Source: Heterodontus francisci (Eukaryota). From it: DNA of 64,000 nt. The position numbers and the translations under genes are program-made. This document shows, in pieces, positions 1 through 8,518 of this stretch. Position 1 is the first letter of the stretch. Every line of letters begins with the position of its first letter. The stretch is from contig NC_090399.1 in NCBI RefSeq assembly GCF_036365525.1, forward strand, positions 32,892,430 through 32,956,429, given 5' to 3'. The notes beneath the pieces are model-generated. The model was not told the DNA's origin and did not search any database. It was given only the letters and a program-made list of their open reading frames with translations.

Positions 1-59
1 ATTCTCTGACTTACTATCTTTTTGTTCTTTATCTTCTAATTCATCTTCTAATCATGCCA

Positions 60-260
60 AAGATTTGCAGGTTGATAGGTAAATTGGCCATTGTAAATTG
101 CCCCTAGTGTAGGTAGGTGGTAGGAGAATTGAGGGAAGATGGGAGAGGGAAATGGGATTAATGTAAGATTAGTATAAATGGGTGGTTGATGGTTGGCACT
201 GACTCGGTGGACCAAAGGGCCTGTTTCAGTGCTATATCTCTCTATGGCTCTGTGACTCTA
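60..260 (+). mobile_element. 3' part of an elasmobranch HE1-like SINE with a CR1-type tail
   Basis: Ends in gactcggtggaccaaagggcctgtttcagtgctata...ctctatggctctgtgactcta, which resembles the reverse complement of the CR1 3' tail at 4432-4472 (gggccgaagggcctgttcctgtgctgtaa). The SINE family name is from recall. Confidence 0.6.
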
Positions 261-592
261 ATTTTAAATGTTGGGCTATTATGTCAATTACCTGCTTTTT
301 AGCACCTTATTTCAACTCTCATCCCAATTGTGCTGCCAATTCTTTCAGTTTATTTTTAAAGTTCACACAGCACTGAGGGATATTCTCCTCTCCCAGAAAA
401 AAAAACTACTGCAACTGCTAATGCCAGTCTGATGGCATAGCCTTTATTGTAGAAGAAACCTGGTTCCTTTTATTTATTTTTTCTTTCAAATTATTGCTCC
501 CTTTATAAATAAGGTCATTGGTATTGGATTTAGATTGGAGACCAGACATAAGAGCAATTTATGTGATCCCAGAGACAAGCCCCCAATTAATA

Positions 593-1559
593 TGTTGTGA
601 CTGAGGCGGGAGAAATGCACTGCCAATTCAATCCCAATACGCGATAGGTTGTAGCATAATAAACTTTTCCCACTTACCAGAAATTAGCCAAATTAAAAAC
701 TTGAGTAACCCCCAGAATAAAACAGACAAAACCATGTTTCTTTCAACAACAAACTAATTATTAATAAACTAAATTTGGAGATAAATCTATGTCTAAAGAC
801 CTTAGAACTTTTTAGTTTATCCTAACCTTCATGCACACACATCGTATATTCAACAACTAACTGTTAACTTTATTTTTTTAAAAAAACAAGAGCTGTTTCT
901 TCGGAATAAATAGGTGGGATGTAAGTCCTGGTGAGTTATGTTCCCAATTGGTGAGGTGTCCCAGCATTGAGTCATCAGATGCAACTCAAAGTCTCCAGGT
1001 GAATTTGATGAACAGATTTTACTGGATAGGTATTCAAAGCACTCCGGTTGCAGTAGGTGTTGCATAGTTCTTTTAATAAAGAATGTAGCAACAGTATTAT
1101 TTGGATTTTAAAACTGGTAGTCTTTCAGGAGAAACTCTACTGAGAATTCCAGTAAACACAAACAGATAACAGAGTCACTCTTGAAGCAGAGAATTCTTAT
1201 AATTTTGAAGTGAAAAGGAATTTACTACCTTCAACAATGCAAATGTTCTTTTTCTAGGGTTTTTTCCTCTCCTTAGACAATATAGAACCTGAAAATAAAT
1301 GTAGATTTTCCTACCAAGAGAGGACACCTTCCTTTTAGTGAAACACACTTTACTAGTCTCCAGTTCAAACTGGTCTTAGCCAGTTTTTATACAGTCAAAA
1401 GTCACAGTACAGCATGTGACTTCCCTCTCCTGCTGTTGCCTAGGAAACAGATGCAGCTGCTGGCACATTGCCCCTTAGTTTTTAAAGGCACACCATTTTC
1501 AAACAAAGTCTTAAAGGTAGACTGTTTTAAACAGAGGAGAAAAAAAAAGTTCTATAACA
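593..1559 (-). mobile_element. LTR-like (solo-LTR-like) interspersed repeat
   Basis: Termini TGTTGTGA...TATAACA (TGTT/AACA inverted). Its reverse complement shares motifs with 2500-3746, e.g. gaaacatggtt..ttttattctg vs gaaacctggtt..tttttattctg and gaagtcacatgc vs gaagtcacatgt. No TSD recognised. Confidence 0.45.
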
Positions 1560-1573
1560 GTGTGAGTGGGCAG

Positions 1574-1715
1574 GTCTCCCAGTGGGAGTGGGTCTGATTT
1601 GTCTTTGTGTGGGTGGATGGGCAAACTTTCCCAATGGGACTAGCTCTGATTGGCTGCATGTGGGTGTGGTCTCCCAATGGGACTGGGTCTGATTGGCTCT
1701 GTGTGTCTGATTGAC
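1574..1715 (+). repeat. Three degenerate ~40-50 bp tandem copies just upstream of the alpha2 acceptor
   Basis: A motif like tcccaatgggactggctctgattggct recurs at ~1577, ~1629 and ~1672; the last copy runs into ctgattgacag. Confidence 0.7.
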
Positions 1716-1717
1716 AG

Positions 1718-1990
1718 GGATCCACACATACCAGCTGATGACTGGCTGTGACCTGCGGGACGATGGGACCAGCACTGGATTCAACCAGTATGGCTGGGAT
1801 GGGCAAGACTACCTCAGCTTTGACAAGGATCACATGGTGTGGGTGACACCGGTCCCATGGGGGCAAATCATCCGAAACATATGGAACCAGGACACAGGTG
1901 ACAACCTGCGGTGGAAGAATTACCTGGAGGAGGAGTGTATTGATTGGTTGAGGAAATACCTGCAGTATGGACAGCGAGAATTGAGATTCG
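1718..1990 (+). CDS. MHC class I heavy chain, alpha2-domain exon
   Basis: Acceptor ttgacAG (1716-1717) and donor GTGAGT (1991); 273 bp, phase 1/1. Encodes (G)IHTYQLMTGCDLRDDG...QYGWDGQDYLSFD...W...YLEEECIDWLRKYL, with the class I alpha2 landmarks H93, Q96, G100, C101, D119-G120, W147, Y159, C164, W167 and Y171 (HLA-A2 numbering, aligned by eye). Confidence 0.96.
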
Positions 1991-2495
1991 GTGAGTGAGT
2001 GAGTGGGGGAGGTGACTGAGAGTTGGCGGGTGAGGGGGGGCGGACTGAGGGTCGGCAAGTGGGGGACTGAGAGTTGGTGAATGAAGGAGGACTGAGAGTC
2101 GGTGTGTAGGGTGGGAAGAGACAGAGACTTGCTGAGTGAGGGGCAATGAGAGTCGGTGAGTGCGAGTGCGGGGGGTGGGACTGAGAGTCGGTGAGTGCGA
2201 GTGGGGGGGGGGACTGAGACTTGGTGAATGAGGGGGAAACAGACAGTCGGTGAGTGAGGAAAGGGATTGAGAGTCGGCAAATGAGGCAAGGTACTGAGAG
2301 TCGGCAAATGAGGGAAGGTACTGAGAGTCGGTGACTGAGGGGGTCCTGAGATTCGGCGCCTGGGGTGGTCCTGTGGGTCGGTGCGTGGGGGCTGGAACCG
2401 AGAGTCAGCGAGTGAGGGCGGGAATAGAGAGCGAGTGAGGGGTGACTGAGAATCGGTGACTGGGGTGAGGGAATGGAGAGTTGGTGAATGGAGGG
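1991..2495 (+). repeat. Degenerate purine-rich minisatellite (~26-30 bp unit, gactgagagtcggtgagtgaggggg)
   Basis: Roughly 15-18 copies of ctgagagtcggtga-like motifs starting at the alpha2 donor. Confidence 0.85.
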
Positions 2496-2499
2496 GCCA

Positions 2500-3746
2500 T
2501 GTCATGAAGGTGCTTCCATTGTTAATATTTTTTGAGACTCGTGTAAAAGACTGGTAAATATTTGAGAAGATGCTAGACTTGTTTTTTTTTAAAGGGTCAC
2601 TGGGTGGACACTTGGGACTTTGTTTATAAACAAACACTTACTGGAAGTCATATGTCTTAAGCTAAGTAAGCAGCAGGAGCCTTGCTGGCTATTGGAATTG
2701 TTTACAGAGAAGTCACATGTTGAGGTTAATGGTTCACGAGTTTTGGGTTTCATTTTTGGATATTGTTTGGAGTTCAGTTGGGGTGCAAGCCTGCTAAGGT
2801 AGAGAGGCAACCAGCTCATCTTGTTCCACCTCTTAGAGAAACCCTGAGAATCCAGTGAGGACTGGAAAAACTGATGCAGAAGCTTCTCAGGAGAAATGTT
2901 GCAAGACTTTCTTCCGGCATCTCCTGAACAACTGCTTCTGAAAAGATCCCAGTGACTACCACATGTGTCTAGTGACACTTGTCAATGTGTACCTGGATGC
3001 TAGACTACAGCACCATCTGGAACAATTCATATCTTATTCTTTTTCTTCAAGAATTAACAAGTATTTGGCCATAGAGGCCTGCTACCAGACCTGAACCCGA
3101 CGAGCGGGCAGGGTCGGGCCCAACTTCAGGGTACGGCTTCCGGGCTCAGGTCAGGTCGGACTGAGTCCAGGTTGGGTCAGGTCGGGTCAGGCCGGACACA
3201 CACGGTAAGTGCTCTGCTAGTAAGTATTGAAATTTTAAAAACTTACCTGAGCTGGGAGTCCGGGACGAAACTGTCTGCGGAGTGAGTGAGTGACATCACT
3301 CTCTCTTCGTGGAGCTTCCCAGTTGGAAGATAAGTGAAGGGATGCTCGGGTTGGGTTCGGGGCAAAATTGGAGGGACTCGGGCCTGGTCGGGCTCAGGTC
3401 CGCTGTGGTTCTGTCGGGTTCAGGTTGGGTTCTTTTTTCCCGAACTGAGCAGGCCTCTATTTGGCCAAAGTATTTTTTGTTGTTTTGTAAAGCTGATCTC
3501 TGCAGAGAAAGCTTATTTATTTTTCCTTTAACTGGTGTGTGTGTGTGTTCTTGTTTTATAATAAATTAATAATTTTGTTGTTTATTAAAGAAACCTGGTT
3601 GGCAGATTTTTATTCTGAAACTAGAATGGATGAGGTGTATAATTTGCTGTATCGGTAACTGGGTAAGACATTTAAATATATGTTGTGACCCATGAAGCCG
3701 TGGAACTTGACAAAGACCGTACACTCCTCATTCCTGGGAAGCAACA
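2500..3746 (+). mobile_element. LTR-like repeat interrupted by a MITE
   Basis: Starts TGTCATGA and ends GCAACA. About 850 bp after removing the 3072-3459 insertion and one TSD copy. Related in inverted orientation to 593-1559. Confidence 0.45.
3072..3459. mobile_element. Non-autonomous hAT-type DNA transposon (MITE), 388 bp
   Basis: Perfect 12-bp TIRs TAGAGGCCTGCT (3072-3083) / AGCAGGCCTCTA (3448-3459). Perfect 8-bp TSD TTTGGCCA (3064-3071 and 3460-3467). Subterminal ggtcggg/ggtcagg repeats. Confidence 0.9.
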
Positions 3747-3813
3747 TATAATTGAGGACCGGGTCGCTCTATCCTGATCTTCCTGTACTGATTCCTCTTT
3801 CTCTCTCTTTCAG

Positions 3814-4077
3814 TCGCCCCCATAGTGTCCTTTACCCGTCTGGGTGATTCTAACCGGCTGTCCTGTGTCGTCACTGGGTTTTACCCTCAGGCCATCGAGG
3901 TGACTCTGTGGAGAGATGGAGTGATGATCGATGAGACCCTGTCCTCTGGGATCTTGCCCAATCACAACAGAACCTACCAGATCCGGAAATGGATAGAGTT
4001 TGATCCGGAAGACCAGGCTGAGTATTCCTGTCGGGTGGAGCACAGTGGGCTGACGGAGATGATGGTGATGATTTACG
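3814..4077 (+). CDS. MHC class I heavy chain, alpha3 (Ig C1-set) exon
   Basis: Long pyrimidine tract plus CAG (3811-3813) and donor GTAAGA (4078); 264 bp, phase 1/1. Encodes VAPIVSFTRLGDSNRLSCVVTGFYPQAIEVTLW...ILPNHNRTYQIRKW...YSCRVEHSGL, with the C1-set motifs LxC..GFYP and YxCxVxHxxL. Confidence 0.96.
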
Positions 4078-4280
4078 GTAAGACTGTCTCTCACTGTTAG
4101 AGCCTCAGAACAGGAGCACAGGAGGGAGGGTCAGTGCTGTGCAACCAGCCTGGGACAGGCTGAGGCCCAGGATACAGAGTGTTTCCGTCTCAGTGAGACC
4201 GTTAATAGTAAAACACAAGATATGAACTCCCCGGAGCAATTTAAAGAACTGCATGACAAGATTTCACGTTTGAAGGATTC

Positions 4281-6108
4281 TGTTGTGACAACTAAACTAA
4301 AAGTAATCCCCATTTACTAAATGATACTTTGAAGGTAGTAATATCCCAAGTTACAGAAAAAGGTATTTTCTTCATTTATTAAAACACTTGAAAGCCTCAC
4401 ACCACACTTATATAAAGAAAAGAACAAAGAAAATTACAGCACAGGAACAGGCCCTTCGGCCCTCCAAGCCTGCGCCGATCCAAATCCTCTATCTAAACAT
4501 GACGCCTATTCTCTAAGGGTCTGTATCTCTTTACTTCCTGCCCATTCATGTATCTGTCTAGATACATCTTAAAAGACGCTACCGTGCCCGTGTCTACCAC
4601 CTCCGCTGGCAATGCGTTCCAGGCACCCACCACCCTCTGCGTAAAGAACTTTCCACGCATATCCCCCCTAAACTTTTCCCCTCTCACTTTGAACTCGTGA
4701 CCCCTAGTAATTGAATCCCCCACTCTGGGGAAAAAGCTTCTTGCCATCCACCCTGTCTATACCTCTCATGATTTTGTCCACCTCAATCAGGTCCCCCCTC
4801 AACCTTCGTCTTTCTAATGAAAATAATCCTAATCTACTCAACCTCTCTTCATAGCTAGCGCCCTCCATACCAGGCAACATCCTGGTGAACCTCCTCTGCA
4901 CCCTCTCCAAAGCATCCACATCCTTTTGGTAATGTGGCGACCAGAACTGCACGCAGTATTCCTAATGTGGCCGAACCAAAGTCCTATACAACTGTAACAT
5001 GACCTGCCAACTCTTGTACTCAATACCCCGTCCGATGAAGGAAAGCATGCCGTATGCCTTCTTGACCACTCTATTGACCTGCGTTGCCACCTTCAGGGAA
5101 CAATGGACCTGAACACCCAAATCTCTCTGTACATTAATTTTCCCCAGGACTTTTCCATTTACTGTATAGTTCACTCTTGAATTGGATCTTCCAAAATGCA
5201 TCACCTCGCATTTTCCCTGATTGAACTCCATCTGCCATTTCTCTGCCCAACTCTCCAATCTATCTATATTCTGCTGTATTCTCTGACAGTCCCCGTCACT
5301 ATCTGCTACTCCACCAATCTTAGTGTCGTCTGCAAACTTGCTAATCAGACCACCTATACTTTCCTCCAAATCATTTATGTATATGTTACACAGTCATCCT
5401 TAATGGTGAAATCGCTGCAGCTAAAAGTCCCAAGCTCCTCCCAGTTGCAATGGGTTGGATCTCCCAGACCTTGTCCTCTTTGCTCACTTCTTCTGAGCAC
5501 TTCTGACCCGAATGTCTGTGAATAAGGTGATCCCTGGGGATCCTGTTGGTCTTTTGCTTTTTTGCAAACCTCAACTTTCAAAACAGGTTCAATTCTTCGT
5601 AGCCTTTCGCTGTCTCAGTCTTCTAAGAGCAGGTGTTCTCTCTCTTTCTCCTTTCTGAGGCTGACACCACTGGTCTTCTTCCTTACAGCCTGCTGGCTTC
5701 TCAAAATCTGTTGAATTTATCTGGAATCAACAGTCAGTAGCCAATTGTCTCTTCCAATATGCAAAATCCACAAGTCTGCCTGCAGCAGAGCTACCTGGAC
5801 TTTCCTTTGTTTGCTGGTGTTAGGTTGCTAACACCATTCGTGTTTACATTCTCAGAGTCACAGGCTCCTTGTTTATGATCTAAATGTATGGGAGGGTGAA
5901 ACCAATTGTTCTTGAGATGTTATACCCTTCTAGTCTCTGCTTTTCAAAAAGATCTTTGATCTGGGTGCTTTATTGTCTTGCTAACCAAGATCCCTGTCTT
6001 GAGGCAGAATTGATGTGATGTCACTTGACTTTTCTGACTGCATCATAAACTGTTAACAATCTCAGTTTTTAAAACATAATCATGTTACAAAGTTCAGCAT
6101 TCATAACG
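4281..6108 (-). mobile_element. LTR-like host element split by the CR1 insertion
   Basis: Begins TGTTGTGA (same 8-mer as 593) and ends CATAACG; minus-strand AATAAA (tttatt at 4375-4380). About 860 bp once the CR1 is removed. Boundaries are inferred. Confidence 0.35.
4415..5384 (-). mobile_element. 5'-truncated CR1-clade LINE (end of ORF2 RT, 3'UTR and tail)
   Basis: The minus strand encodes YINDLEE..ISKFADDTKIGG..WAEKWQMEFN..KCEVMHFG..LYRTLVRPH*EYCVQFWSPHY..LERVQRRFTRMLPG..RRLRGDLIEV..FFTQRVVGAWNALP. There is one in-frame stop (4962-4964) and a frameshift near 4730. The 3' tail gggccgaagggcctgttcctgtgctgtaa is followed by a (ttct/ttgt) microsatellite at 4415-4432. Confidence 0.95.
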
Positions 6109-6253
6109 AGAGAGGGAAGTAAATGTGAACTGTCAATGTTTCAAAGTCTTCACACCAATTATAGAGGGCAGTAATCGAGTCAGTGTATTCTGGAATATTA
6201 CAGTACGACAGGACCTGGTGTATTCTCTCTCTGATTCGCTCTCTCGCCAACAG

Positions 6254-6361
6254 GACTAAAGTCTGGCTCCCAGGTCCCTTTTACTGTTGGGATTGTACTT
6301 GGGATCCTTGGGCTGATCATCGTTCTCGCCATTCTGGCTGTCATCATCTACAAGTGGAAAG
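6254..6361 (+). CDS. MHC class I connecting peptide / transmembrane exon
   Basis: Acceptor ctctcgccaaCAG (6251-6253) and donor GTAGGA (6362); 108 bp, phase 1/1. In the frame continuing alpha3 it reads GLKSGSQVPFTVGIVLGILGLIIVLAILAVIIYKWK: a hydrophobic span followed by a basic stop-transfer. This frame is not in the ORF track. Confidence 0.93.
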
Positions 6362-6502
6362 GTAGGAATTGGAGAGAATATGGACAGGACCTCATTGTGG
6401 GTGAGGAGTCTGTGGGCTCCAGAGTGTGGGGCTTAGGATGTAGTGGGGGAGGCTCAGGATAATGGGGAGGTGCCCAGATTGGGATTGGAGCGGCTGAGCT
6501 TA

Positions 6503-7130
6503 GGGGCCGGGGCCTGGGGGTGGTGATGAGGGACCCAGGGCTGGGGGCCTGGGGGTGGTGATGAGGGGCCCAGGGCTGGGGGCCTGGGAGGTGGTGATGA
6601 GGGGCCCAGGGCATCGCCTGGGGGTGGTGATGAGGGGCTGGGGGCCTGGGCGTTGGTGATGAGGGGCCCAGGGCTGGATCCTGGCGGGTGGTGATGAGGG
6701 GCCCAGGGCTGGGGGCCTGGGGGGTGGTGATGAGGGGCCCAGGGCAGGGGCCTGGGGGGTGGTGATGAGGGGCCCAGGGCTGGGGGCCTGGGGGTGGTGA
6801 TGAGAGGCCCAGGGCATCGCCTGGGGTTGGTGATGACAGGCCCAGGGCTGGGGGCCTGGGGGGTGGTTATGGGGGGCCCAGGGCTGGGGACCTGGGGGGT
6901 GGTGATGAGGGGCCCAGGGCTGGGGGCCTGGGGGTTGGTGATGAGGAGCCCAGGGCTGGGGCCTGGGGGGTGGTGATGAGGGGCCCAGGGCTGGGGGCCT
7001 GGGGGGTGGTTATGAGGGGCCCAGGGCTGGGGGCCTGGGGGGTGGTGATGAGGGGCCCAGGGCTGGGGGCCTGGGGGTTGGTGTTGAGGGGCCCAGGGCT
7101 GGGGCCTGGGGACTGGTGATGAAGGGCCCA
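6503..7130 (+). repeat. G-rich ~36-bp minisatellite in the TM-cytoplasmic intron
   Basis: About 17 copies of gggggcctggggggtggtgatgaggggcccagggct. Confidence 0.95.
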
Positions 7131-7238
7131 TTGTGGGATGAAGAGTCCATCTATCCCTTTTACTCGGAATTCTAGCCTCTCTCCTCTCTGATTTCCTGTT
7201 GCTGTCTCGTCACTCACTGAGTATTCCTTGTTTTTCAG

Positions 7239-7271
7239 TGACAGGGAAGAGCGGCTACAATCCTACCAAGA
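7239..7271 (+). CDS. MHC class I cytoplasmic exon 1 (33 bp)
   Basis: Acceptor ttgtttttCAG (7236-7238) and donor GTAAGC (7272); phase 1/1. Encodes VTGKSGYNPTK, with the conserved class I cytoplasmic Tyr. Confidence 0.88.
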
Positions 7272-7354
7272 GTAAGCTGACCATCAAACATTGTCTGGAT
7301 CTCTGTGTAACTGTGAATCATTGATCATTGTGTGTCTGATACACTCAACAGCTC

Positions 7355-7535
7355 ATTGCTCTGTCTCCCTCTGTCCCTGTGTCTATATGTGTGTGTGTCT
7401 CTCTCTCTCCCTATCTGTCTTTGTATCTTGCGTGCTAGCTCTATCTCTGTCTATGTGTGCATCTGTGTCTCTGCCTCCATCTCTCTCTCTATCTGTCTTT
7501 GTATCTTGCTCACTGACTCTGTCTCTGTCTCTCTG
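7355..7535 (+). repeat. CT/GT low-complexity microsatellite
   Basis: Runs of ctctgt/ctct/gtgt, with a duplicated ctatctgtctttgtatcttgc (7411 and 7489). Confidence 0.8.
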
Positions 7536-7575
7536 ATAGTGAACAGTTGGTTAATGCCTGTCCTTCCATTAACAG

Positions 7576-7622
7576 TTTCTGATAAAGGGGAATCCTCATC
7601 CAGCTCCTCCGCCAATGCCTGA
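7576..7622 (+). CDS. MHC class I cytoplasmic exon 2 with stop codon
   Basis: Acceptor ccattaaCAG (7573-7575). Encodes ISDKGESSSSSSANA then TGA (7620-7622), a Ser-rich class I tail. A donor-like GTATGA follows at 7624, giving a 48-bp exon. Confidence 0.87.
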
Positions 7623-7753
7623 GGTATGAATCGTGTTGATCAATAGTGTGAGCAGATCCTTCCCTGACCTTCTAACTGGGCTATTACAGCTGGTGTTAAC
7701 TGTACAATCTGGTGGGTGGAATGTGAGTGCAGTGTCTGTCTCTCCCTGTATAG

Positions 7754-8490
7754 TCACTAAAGACCAGCTCATACAATTCAACATGAGCTTTGAGACTGGC
7801 CCTCTGGAGATGAGTGCTCCTGTCTGGTCTGAGGCTGGAGACATCTTGGGGGAGGAGAGGGTAGGGATTTGGGCATCAAGACCCTGGATGTGGACTCCTC
7901 TCAACTGTTCACTTTCCTTAAGCGAATCGAAATAGTCAGAGTTTTCCCTGAATTTGGTCATTGGGGTTTCGAGTTGTTGCTTCCCCAGGATCAGTATTGT
8001 GGTGTTTGGGAAGTGGGACTGATGGGTTTTGCTGGTGTTTGTGGGACTGTGCTGGATCTGCTGTGTTTTCCTTGCTCTGTAACCATTTATTTAATTCTTT
8101 TCCCCAGTGGCCTCCGTGTCTCGGCTGGTATTCCAGAGACTTCAGTTCCCCCGACATTAGCAGGAGAAGTGGATGAGAGTATCAGGCAGTGTGTGATTTC
8201 ATTGCGGTGACAGCAAGTGACTGATCGTGGATCCAGATCTGTGTGGAGTGGGAGTGGGAGGTGGTGTTTAAGTGTCTTGAGTGTGCTGTCTGCTCCCCCA
8301 GACTGTCCCACAGGCTGAGATCAGGAAGGGTTGGCTTATCACTGCGGGATCAGAAAATTTTGCAGTGGGGGAGGGGGAAGAGGAGGAGGAGGAGGTGGTG
8401 GGTTGGGTTGTGCTTTGCAAACTGGGATCTGTTCCTGTAATTTTGTCTTCCCTGTAATTTCCACAATAAATGAGTCCCATTTCCCACTTT
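7754..8490 (+). other. Probable terminal 3'UTR exon of the class I gene
   Basis: Candidate acceptor tgtctgtctctccctgtaTAG (7751-7753) downstream of the donor at 7624. Unique non-repeat sequence runs to AATAAA at 8465-8470. Boundaries are inferred. Confidence 0.5.
8465..8470 (+). terminator. Polyadenylation signal AATAAA
   Basis: Canonical hexamer ~840 bp after the stop codon, followed by pyrimidine/T-rich sequence. Confidence 0.6.
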
Positions 8491-8518
8491 CTGACTCTGT
8501 CCTCAGTTCGTAACTAAT

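Noticed and set aside
1-1717. Leader or alpha1 exon of the class I gene
   Set aside because: No ~270-bp open exon with alpha1 motifs was found; the region is mostly repeats. These exons are presumably upstream of the window.
1552-2637. 361-aa minus-strand Pro/Ser/Thr-rich ORF
   Set aside because: It is an antisense read-through of the minisatellite and the alpha2 exon, with low complexity.
4493-5369. Functional reverse transcriptase gene
   Set aside because: It is 5'-truncated, with a premature stop and a frameshift: a dead CR1 copy.
6183-6365. 60-aa + strand ORF over the TM exon
   Set aside because: Wrong frame; the spliced phase-1 frame from 6254 gives the hydrophobic TM helix.
6348-7217. 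Pro/His-rich collagen- or extensin-like ORFs
   Set aside because: These are translations of the 36-bp minisatellite in several frames on both strands.
7596-8513. Several 60-120 aa ORFs downstream of the stop codon
   Set aside because: They overlap on both strands, have no recognisable domain, and lie in the probable last intron and 3'UTR.
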